Source: Paraspadella gotoi
Lineage: Eukaryota > Animalia > Chaetognatha
Assembly (NCBI GenBank): GCA_051294375.1
Contig: CM119266.1
Span: 1,369,554-1,433,553, forward strand
DNA length: 64,000 bases
Reading direction: 5' to 3'
Shown here: positions 54,113 through 64,000 of the stretch, one piece after another
How positions within the stretch are numbered: position 1 is the stretch's first letter
Layout of the letters: the number at the start of each line of letters is the position of its first letter
Notes under the pieces: model-generated
What the model was told of the DNA's origin: nothing
Seen by the model: only the letters and a program-made list of their open reading frames with translations
The model's database searches: none
Position numbers and translations under genes: made by a program

Positions 54113-55877
54113 GAGAAGAAGATGAGAGAGAGAGAGAGAGAGAAGAGGAAGTGGAGTGAGTGAGTTTCGGGTTCAGCGCTCTCGTCGAGGATCGTAACAA
54201 TTTGCTAGGTGACGCATCTTGACTCGATGATGCGTTTTACCTACACTTTTTCAAGGTTTTGGCATTGATGGCTTTAGTCCTGCAGTATGTGGCTTTTTGT
54301 CACAGATGTAGTTTGGTGACGCAGTATTGGCTTCATGACGCAAGCATTGACTCGAATAAGTAATTTTGGTTTTTATTTATTTTGACTCAGTTTGACTCGG
54401 TTGATATAAATTTTATCTGCTCGTTGACAATCTTATCTTGGCTCAGTGACGCAGCTGGTTGAAGACACTAGTCCCATCGTGATCATGGTCCTAATGTCAT
54501 TGGCGCTGAGCGAGATTGTCGCGCCATGAATTCACTTTTTACCAATTGATGAAAATAAAACGTGAGAAGGTGAAAAAGTCAGTGGCGATTTCGGGAGAAA
54601 TGTAGCCGTGTGATGGGTCGTGTTTAAAGTGAGTGACATCGTGGAAAAATCTTCCAAGGATAAATAATAAGTGTCAAGGACGGACGGATGCACGGACGGA
54701 CGTACGGGTCAGGACGCGACCCTTCGATTGAGCGGCCAAGAGGCAGTTTTAAAGAGGAGACTGGCTATTGACCACTGGGAGAGAAGTCTGGCCAGAGAGT
54801 CCCACTTAGAGAAAAAAAGGGGGGAAAGAGGGTGAGTAAGCGACAGGGGTAAATATTTGTAGAGGTTTATCAAAAATTGGAGATTAATGTAAAGAATATT
54901 GTATGTATTACGTGGTACAAGAGGAGAATTAGATGATGTCTCAGTAAGTATTATAATTGGAGTTATGATTAATTTTAAATATTTGAATTTTTCTTTTTCT
55001 TTCTCTTTTGGCGACTGGCGAAGGTCGACAAAAAATATCGATCCCTGATTCGCTGTCAAGAAAAAAGAAGAGGCAAGGAGGAAGAGGTGGAGGAGGAGGA
55101 AGAGGAAGAGGAGGAGGAGAAAGAGTGTTGGTGGGAGGGACGGAATCTGAGGAGATGCGAAAATTCGGAGTGGAAAATGGCGAAGGAGAGAATTTTAGGG
55201 TGAAGGGTTTGGACTTTGGTGTGAGAAGGTTTCGAAGTGCGGAGTGAGAGGTAAAGAGTGATAGATCTTGGTTTAAAATGCGATAGGATAAGAAAATGAT
55301 GACGAATGGTGATAAGTGAGAGGCAGAGAATGAAAAAGAAAATTACTGATTACAGATTGGGAGACTTGAATCTCTGAGGTCATGGGATGAGTTTGGGATC
55401 CAAGACTCTTAGTCAAGTGCTGATTGGACGGGCAAAGCCAAAAGGGTAGGAGGGAGAGAGAGGGAGAGAGAGGGAGAGGGGGAGAGAGAGGGAGAGGGAG
55501 AGAGAGAGAAGGAGAGAAAGGAGAGAGAGAAAGGGAGAGAGATGGAGGGAGAGTGAGAAGGAGAGGAGAGAAAGAAGGAGAGGGAGAGAGAGAAGGAGAG
55601 GATGGAGGGAGAGGGATAGAGAGAACGTAAGAGAGGGAGAGAAGAGAGTGGGGAGAGAGAGAGAGGGAGGAAGAGAGAGAAGAAGAGAAAAATTGAAAAC
55701 GGAGAGAGAGGGCGGTTAGATCGCGGGGTGTTGTAGAGCCTCAGAGGTGTGATATTGAAACTCCTGTCAACGGTTAAAATACAAGTTTGGGTAGAAAAAT
55801 CGAAAGTGAAGGCGGAAATTGAACTTTAGGTATAAATTGGATTAGAGGACAAGCGTGAAGAAAAGAAGAGCAGAAAG

Positions 55878-56078
55878 GTCAGGGTGAAGAGTGGTTTGGG
55901 TGAAGACAGGTCAGGGTGAAGATAGGTCAGGGCGAAAAGAGGCCAAGGAGCAGAGAAGTCAGGGTGAAGATAGGTCAGGGTGAAGATAGGTCAGGGCGAA
56001 AAGAGGCCAAGGTGCAGAGAAGTCAGGGTGAAGAAAGGGTCAGGCTGGAGAAAGGGTCAGGCATGAGAAAGGGTCAGA
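55878..56078 (+). repeat. 16-bp minisatellite (GGTCAGGGTGAAGATA)n with a higher-order repeat
   Basis: About 12 variant units. The block GGTCAGGGCGAAAAGAGGCCAAGG occurs twice. Confidence 0.8.
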
Positions 56079-56682
56079 GCGACGCGCAGAATTAATCGTC
56101 CGAATGACGTCAGCACGATTTTCGTCGCCGAAGAGATTTTGACCCTAAGGACGACGACGACGACGACGATAACGACGACGACGACGACAACGATAACGAC
56201 GACGACGACACTAGAGGATGACCAAGAAAAGACGATTAAGAAGACGTCCACAGTTTTTTTCTTTCATGGAAAAGAAAAGAGAATTGCGTTTTCTGGATTA
56301 GAGAAGAAGAAAAGAGGTTAACAACAACAACAACGCAATTAATTTTATCGATTTTTCTCACAAATAATTTCCAGGGTCGAGACAAAGGAAATCTGTCGAT
56401 GAAAGAAAAAAAAAGAGCGCGAGACGACAGAGGAAGAAAAATATTTGTTTCTCCTTCTTTCTGTTTATTAATTGTTAACTATTTTTTTTAAATTCCTTTC
56501 TTTAATCTAAAGGTCAGTTTACCATGCTCGATGATTAAAAAAGATCAGGCAAATAGACTAAATAAGGAAAAATATCTGCAGCGATAAATGTTGTCTGAGG
56601 CCGGTAATTAAAATTACTCATTTAATCAGTTTTTCGCGACGCTCTCCATTTCTACAGTCGTGACTCATAATTGTCGGTCTGT

Positions 56683-56980
56683 CAGACCAAGTCCCTAACC
56701 TTAATAATTAACCCTAATTTCAGACCAAGTCCCTAACCTTAATCATTAACCCTAATTTCAGACCAAGTCCCTAACCTTAATCATTAACCCTAATTACAGA
56801 CCAATCCCTAACCTTAATAATTTACCCTAATTTCAGACCAAGTCCCTAACCTTAATCATTAACCCTAATTACAGACCAAGTCCCTAACCTTAATCATTAA
56901 CCCTAATTACAGACTACGTCCCTAACCATAATCATTAACCCTAATTACAGACCAAGTCCCTAACCTTAATCATTAACCTA
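56683..56980 (+). repeat. 38-bp telomere-like minisatellite (CAGACCAAGTCCCTAACCTTAATCATTAACCCTAATTT)x8
   Basis: Eight highly similar copies, each with two CCCTAA motifs. A TIR-like terminus follows at 57040-57072. Confidence 0.92.
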
Positions 56981-57071
56981 ATAAGTAACCTAATCTTTAG
57001 CCTTAACCTTTAATTTAAAATATCAACCTAATTCTTCATTTCAGATATAATGGGGCGTTCTGCAAAAAGCG

Positions 57072-57355
57072 TTTTAGTCTCCGTTGGTAGTAACTATAGT
57101 AAATAACTAAATATAAGTCACTTTTCGGTCGGTCTTTCGGTCGGTCGGTCCGTGGGTCAGTCGGTCCGTCGGTCTGTCCCACTTACATTAATAATACATA
57201 TAATTTGTTTATAGTTGGTTGCTCATTTGTTAAGACAGAAATAACGTCAATTCTAAGACCCTGCTAGCGCCGCCCTCAGGAATGTGATCAAATGGAAATA
57301 CACCTGAAAATAAAGTCACTGCGGCGCAACACATTGGAATTACCGTTCTTGTTTT
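57072..57355 (+). mobile_element. Near-complete HINE copy
   Basis: TTTTAGTC..TATAAGTCACTTTTCGGTCGG(GTCY)n ... AAAGTCACTGCGGCGCAACACATTGGAATTACCGTTCTTGTTTT. It has T-rich ends and no TSD, as expected for Helentrons. Confidence 0.75.
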
Positions 57356-57594
57356 CTTATTCATCCTGTTTATCCTCATTTCTAAATAGTTGACGTTTTA
57401 CTGTTAATTTTTACTGTTTGCTTAATATTATTAAAGATTTGTATAACTTTTTTAATGAGAAAAGTTAGAAAAGATACATCGACTAAATTCATTTCGGTGC
57501 AACCCAAAAAAATTTATTAATTCTGTTTGGCGCCTTACCTAAGAAAGATATTTTTATTGGCTGGCGGGCTTGTAAACAACGATGAGAACGTTAA

Positions 57595-57626
<32 letters not shown>

Positions 57627-57817
57627 GTCTCTCTCTCTCTTTCATTATCTCTCTCCCTCTGTTTATTCTCACATTTTCGCATTAAATATGCTATTTTTTC
57701 TCATAAATCAGTTAGAAGCATCAGGAAAATTCGGTCCGGGCCATGAAAGTAACTTTCTTTGTCTTTTGCTGCTTACTTTGTCAATTTCTCTCTTTAACTG
57801 CCTCCGTCTACTATATA

Positions 57818-58429
57818 TTAAGCCGGAACAGGTTGAAAACTAGAAGTTCTCTCAAATAAATAATGGTTAAGTGACTGTTAGTGAATATGAAAATGAAAAT
57901 AATTTTTAAAATTTTTCTTATTAATTAGCGCACGGAAGCATTTAAAGATTATTTTATTACTATATAAAGTTAAAATTTTTTTAAAAATTTTTCAATTTTT
58001 TTTTAATAGATTCTGATAGAGCTTTAAAAGTTAGATAAAGGTTATTAATACAAATTTTTTAAATTTTTTAGTTTTATTGATTAAAATTTTAAAAAACAAT
58101 AAAATTCTGCTAATGATAATGATGATGATGATTTTTTAAGTTTTTTTATATTTTTAACCAATTTATTGTCAAAATTTACAAAAATTGTAGTACTAACCTT
58201 TATTTAACTTTTCAAGCTCTAAAAGAATCCGTTTTTAAAAAATACAATTTTTTAAAAAAATTTTTCTTATTTATTATATAATGATAAATATTTAAAAACT
58301 TCAGTGCAACAACCCAATGAACTAATTCAAAAAGTTGCATTGAAAATCGATTTAGTAATAGAAGGAAAAAAGAATTTTTTTTGAGAGAACTAGAAGTTAT
58401 AAAAAGTATTCAATTTTGGCCCGCCTTAC
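57818..58429. mobile_element. ~600-bp foldback MITE, Kolobok-like ends
   Basis: Long imperfect inverted arms, e.g. 58006-58058 ATAGATTCTGATAGAGCTTTAAAAGTTAGATAAAGGTTA versus the reverse complement of 58180-58235. AGTTCTCTCAAA pairs with TTTGAGAGAACT. Ends are TTAA|GCCGG and CCGCC|TTAC. Confidence 0.65.
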
Positions 58430-58774
58430 TATGATGATAATTCAAAGGTAATTCATGAGTTAGTTAAGCTACTAGTACAAGAAAAAAATATATAAAAGGC
58501 TTTGACATAATTTTAAGTAGTTCCTTGGTTTCCTTACCTTACTTTCTCTCTTTAAACTTTATTTTTTCAGTTCATTAACTTTTACCGACGAAGTTCCCTT
58601 TTCCCTTCTTCATTCCTCACCTCGTCCCTACCTTCCGCATTTCACCTCACCCTCCCCCTTACCTCAGCCAACGAAGATCGTCGCCAACAAAATCGTCGAG
58701 GGAAAAAGAAAATTAGCATAAATTTAAACTTAGATTCGAATCTCAATCCCTGGAATTGGGAATTGAAATAACAC

Positions 58775-58812
<38 letters not shown>

Positions 58813-58913
58813 CTCTCTCTCGCTTTTTCATTCATCCATCCATTAGCTTTCTCTTTTTCTCCATCATCTTCTTCTCTCTTCCTCTCTCTCTCTCTCTCTC
58901 TCTCCATTCTCTC

Positions 58914-58955
<42 letters not shown>

Positions 58956-60056
58956 CCTCTCCTACTCTCTCTCTCCCTCCTCTCTCTCCTTTCCCCTCTC
59001 CTCTCTTCTCCTCTCTCTCTCCTCTTTCTCGTCCGTCTCTGTCTCGTAATTCCATCTCTCTGTCTCCATCGTAGCCATTTTCTTCGCCCCATCGAAGACG
59101 AAATCCATAAAATGAAAAAATTTTCACGGACATTTTTCACTCACTATTTTTAACACACAATTTTTTTGAGGTTTCTCCTTTTTTTTCTTTTTTTTTCCTT
59201 TTAGTTTTTCTCGTTAACTTTTTTTCATTTCCTTTAAGGTTTTCCTTATATTTTCATTTCATTTCTATTTACACTTTTTTGTCATATTAGTCATGATTAT
59301 TATTAAAATAAAATATTGCAAAAAACTGATAAATATTTTTCTGGGTCTTTTTCTCGCCTTTTTTTTTAATAAACTCATTATTATATCTATAAATAATGAC
59401 CAAAAATATTAAATAATTATCATATTTGTCGAAAATCGCCCAAGTCTCAACGAAGCCACCGTGATTTCTGTTTGTGAAAAAACAAACAGACTCTTCATGC
59501 CCCTCTCTCCTCTCTCTCTCTCTCTATCTCTCTCTCTTTCTCTCTCTTGTACTCTCATCTCTCATCTACTCTCTCGTCTGTTCCATCAGCTCTTCCTCAT
59601 CTCCGTCTCCTCCCTCCTCCCTCGCTCACTCCCTCGCACTTCCTTTCACTCTCTTCTCTCGTCTCTTCGGCGAATCCAGGCGCCTTTCCTCCCAATCTTG
59701 CCCCCCGTCTTTATGATCTTCCCCGAGGGAAAAGCCGTTCCCCCGTTGTGTTTGTTCGCGGCCTTACCTCTAACCCTTACCCTTCTTCCTCCCCCCTTTC
59801 CACCCCTAATCCGCTAACACTTACCCTTCTTCCTCCCCCCTTTCCACACCCTTATCCTCCGCTAACCACCCCATTTTTTTAAAGACACCTTCATTCCTTC
59901 TCTATGGTTTTACCCTTTAGCCTCCGTCTCTCATTTTTTCTGCCTCAACCTTCGCTCGTAGTTTTTCTAAATGGCAGCCTCCCCCCCCGATCCCTCCTGC
60001 TGTTTTTTCACCCCCTACTCAAAGAAAGTCTTTGGTGTGAGAGAGAGAGAGGAGAG

Positions 60057-60098
<42 letters not shown>

Positions 60099-62229
60099 GA
60101 GGAGACGAGAGAGAGAGAGAGAGATTTAAAATATTACGATTATTACTTTCATCATTACTTTCATCATTACTTTCATCATATATCATCGGCCGTTTTGCCC
60201 CTTTTCAAATTAACTAATTTTTTCATCTATTTTACTTATAAATTTTGTCAAATTTTGTTCAGATTAATCATGTTTTAGAATTAGATTCGACCTACCATTT
60301 TCATATTGGATAAAATTTTATTTTTTACTTGATTTTTACTTGATTACGAATTTCGCGCGTCTTTAATTAAAAAAAAAGGATTAATAAAAATATAATTTGG
60401 AGAAGGTTAACTATTTATTATTCCCTTCATTTTTCTTCCATTGTTCCATTGTTTTTACTCTCCCCTTCATTTCTTATGTTCACCTCACCCTTTCCAACTC
60501 CTTTCCCCTTTCCCTTCTTTCTCTTCCTCCTCCTCCTCTCCTCCTGCCCCTTCCCTCCTTCTTTTTCCCGAAACCAAAAACTTAATGGCGACAGTATTTT
60601 TTTCCCTTTTTTTTTCCTATTCTTTAGTTTTTTTCCGGGTTTACAACGGAATACGAAAGAGAGAAGATAGGGAAAGGCGTCCCTCCATTTCATGTCTTTA
60701 AAGCTTTTTTTTATGTGTGTGCGCGTGGGTTTGTGCGAGACTTGTATAAAAAGCGATAAACAATATTCGTGGACACGAAAAACACAGCGGTAACAAACTG
60801 AACACTGGGTTTAAAGCTCCTCGTCTTTGTAAACGTTTATGGTGACAAGAAAAATCAGTTGAGATTCTCTAGATTTCCCTTGTTTGCAATTGAGGTAATA
60901 AAATTGAACGCCTAAAACATATGATTGAGCAAAATAATGTTTTTTTAAAGTTTAAAAGGATGATGCAAGACGGGAATAGAACCCGAGACCAGTCAGCCAC
61001 TTACCTCATCCTCAAGGAGAGTCTCCAGAGAATCTATCAACGATTTGGTTGGGATCAATGTTGAGCTTCGCTGCCTCACGATTTTTTGAATTCGTCTTCA
61101 GACGATTTTCGCTCTGAGCCTTTTCTTTTCTTTTTTTTTTTTTTCTCATTTTTTTTCTTCTCTTTCTTTATTTATTTATCGAAGTTTTCTCTAGTCTTTT
61201 AGTGTTTTTTTCATAATTTTTTCTAATATAGCGAGGCGGTATATTCACACAGCTTCACATATACTAGGGCTAGCCGACCAAATTCAAATTTTAATTGGGA
61301 ACAGCATTAAAAGAAATCCATTGTCAGTGCTAAAATGTTTTTTTTTTTTCAAAAATGTTCCGAACCATGAGTAATTCGCTAATTTTTAATTATTATATTG
61401 CGATAATTTGTTTGAATATTCAAAAAATCATCGTTAGACGATGATGTTTTTTTAGGGTTTTTTTCAATTTTGACTAAAAATATATTTAGGAATGCTGCAG
61501 ACGGGCACTTAGAGCCTTATCCACAAAACGATGCAGTTCTATATATTTGGCATAATCGTTTTCTCCATGATGAAAATATATCTTAAGTTAAGATAATATT
61601 TACGTCTTAACGTTGAAATATTTCTTATTTTTGATGCGTAAAATAAAAATACATATTATACTTTACTAAATAGGTCATAGTAAACGAAAAAGTAAGAAAA
61701 AAATATCTGTGAAAATTAAAGTAGATATTTAGTCGAAAAAAAGATTTTCTTCCAGTGTAGTACTACTTTAATCAAATGCGATAATCCGTTGATATAATAA
61801 CAAAAGCTTTCTTTATGATTCACCAGATGAGCATTGGTTTAAAAATATTTTTTTTATTACAAAGGTGAATCTATAAATTTACTTTCATATGTCTCTTTGC
61901 ATGCTTCTTAAATGTACTCCCAACTTCTTAAAAAATACACATTTTTAAATATAAAATCTTTTATCACAGAGTTTATGAAATTGGTACAATCTCTAGTTTC
62001 CCACTTGATCAATGCAATCATAGAAATTAAAGTTTACAAATTGTAGACAAATGTACGTAATGATTTTAATTATTCTAAATTCAATAAAGATTTAGATTAA
62101 GACGAAGATAAAAAAATTATAAAGATTTAATTTGTGATTTTAAGAATTTATAATTCAATAAAATTCGAATAATGAATTTTCTAATTTATTTATTTTCAAT
62201 TTATGTATTAAAGAAAACAGGTAATAATA

Positions 62230-63911
62230 TAATGAGTTCTTAATATGAAAGCAGCACTACTGATGGAAAATCAAAAAGATAAGGCAGGGAAGTCGTAAAA
62301 GCTGGTGAGCTTTTCCGTCAACTAACTTTGTATAGTTATATAGAAACGGTGACCTTCTTTGAAAAAAGAATTAAAGTTGTTGGGACAATTATTCGAATTA
62401 TGATAACAACATCTAAGCACAGCTCTCAACGAATACAAGAATCCAGAAATCAATTCTTATTTTTTGGGGGAATTTTTTGCCATAAAAATTAAGCAATGAA
62501 TAAAGAGTAAGATAAAATATCATAGCAAAAAAAAGAAACAATGCTCTGAAATAGATTTCATTTTTCTAATCAGTTTCTTGCCAATCACATTGCACGCGGT
62601 AAGTAAGGGTAAAAATGAGAGGGAAAAATAGAAAAAGAAATGCTCGTTTAATTTTGCATAAGAATAAAATGCCAAAAAGTTTTTAATCGTGGGGTAATCT
62701 TGTATAGGACCAAAGTAAATTCCGTCACGACCACACAAACCATTAGCAACCGTTTTAATATTAAACTGAACTCCTGGACCACGTACCAACCACCATATTA
62801 CACCAGGAAAAAAAATACAAAACAAAATTGAAATTATCATTGCTACTTGAAAATTGTTTTTGCCAATCATTGAGAGTATCAACTTATGATAAAGTCGAGA
62901 ACAGGATAAGAAAATTAAATAATAGAAAAAAATGTGACATATTCGAAATAATGATTTTTGAAGCTTCATCCTTTTGAATTTCTAATGGTAAGAAATGTAG
63001 CTGCACATTGAACAACAAAATAACTCCAATAAAGTAGAATGCTTCAAGTCTTAATATCCATTGTAAAAGTTTCCGCTTGTAAAACACCAAAATTGAATGA
63101 TAGATCATACTAAAAAAAACATCTATCACAATATTAGTGGAAGATATTTAGAATCGGGATAAAAAAAAGCTGAGTTACCAAGGAATAAATATAACAAAAC
63201 CACTACTATGTGACGACTTTTAAAATCTGTATTATTTATGCTTTTTAAGAAACTGACGGATTTTTGCATATGATTTGCCAAGTTCTTTGGCCTTTGAGAA
63301 AGCGATCTCATTGTTTTTAATGAATATTTTATGAACTTATCTGTCCTAATTCTCATTGCTGTAAATTCGATAAAGCATTCGATTTTAAAATTGTTATTCG
63401 CTATTCCCCAGGATGTATTAGGAAATGTGTATAAGAAAGGGTCGTGATCCTGAAACGTCCTGCTCGTTGCGACCACAAACATTGTATAAAAATGCTTATC
63501 ATCCAATGAAACCAAGAACATTTTTACTCCATATGTACTCAGACTTGAGCTTTTAACAAATCCACCATTTTTGACCAGAGAAATAAACAAGAGTTTCAAT
63601 TCGTTTCCCAAGTAAAAACTCGAAGAATGAGTGGACCAACAAATAAGAAAAACAAATAAGATAATTTAAGGCTATAAATGTAGATGAAGTAGAGAGTGAT
63701 AGAGAGACCAAAAGTTTCTTGAAGGACTCCCAACACCAGAAGGATGATTTTTGTGACCATGGAATGAGATTTTTGCAAAAAGCCCATTCTATTATTTACT
63801 GCGGCTTTGGTCAAACTAACCATAGACAAGACCAATGAGAAAATCGTCCAGTAAAAGTTTATTTCCCACTTACAGAAATAATACATATCTTCTTTAATTC
63901 TTTTGCATTGA
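62230..63911 (-). pseudogene. Frameshifted, apparently intronless multi-pass membrane protein coding region (family uncertain)
   Basis: Four abutting or overlapping minus-strand ORFs (63596-63911, 63126-63611, 62884-63129, 62520-62969) in microsatellite-free DNA, rich in hydrophobic helices such as WTIFSLVLSMVSLTKAAV and AMIISILFCIFFPGVIWWLV. Confidence 0.4.
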
Positions 63912-63936
63912 NNNNNNNNNNNNNNNNNNNNNNNNN

Positions 63937-64000
63937 TCTCTCTCTTTCTCTCTCTCTCTCCTCTTTCTCGTCCGTCTCTGTCTCGTAATTCCATCTCTCT
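63937..64000 (+). repeat. Duplicate of ~59010-59060 after a 25-N gap
   Basis: CTCTCTCTCCTCTTTCTCGTCCGTCTCTGTCTCGTAATTCCATCTCTCT is identical to 59012-59060. Confidence 0.85.

Overview
This is repeat-dense animal genomic DNA, probably from an invertebrate, in a draft scaffold with many N gaps. Several gaps are exactly 25 N and are flanked by noisy, duplicated sequence. Almost all entries in the ORF track are artefacts of (GA)n, (GTC)n and (ATC)n microsatellites or of N runs. One gene is clearly supported: exons 1 and 2 of a secreted ENPP (nucleotide pyrophosphatase/phosphodiesterase, ENPP6-like) on the minus strand at 40190-40430 and 32087-32232. Its catalytic Thr/Ser and the conserved phosphate-binding Asn both read as Asp. 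Downstream of exon 2 lies a roughly 9 kb array of about 41 near-identical, ~65 bp self-complementary cores separated by variable (GTC)n(ATC)n spacers. The window also contains a tRNA-derived SINE with a twister-ribozyme-like module, a possible partner LINE remnant, Helentron/DINE-1-like elements, TIR elements with telomere-like interiors that have expanded into satellites, a Kolobok-like foldback MITE, and a frameshifted multi-pass membrane protein region at the right end. There are no prokaryotic features, rRNA genes or true CRISPR arrays. All family assignments come from reading the sequence by eye and were not confirmed by database searches.
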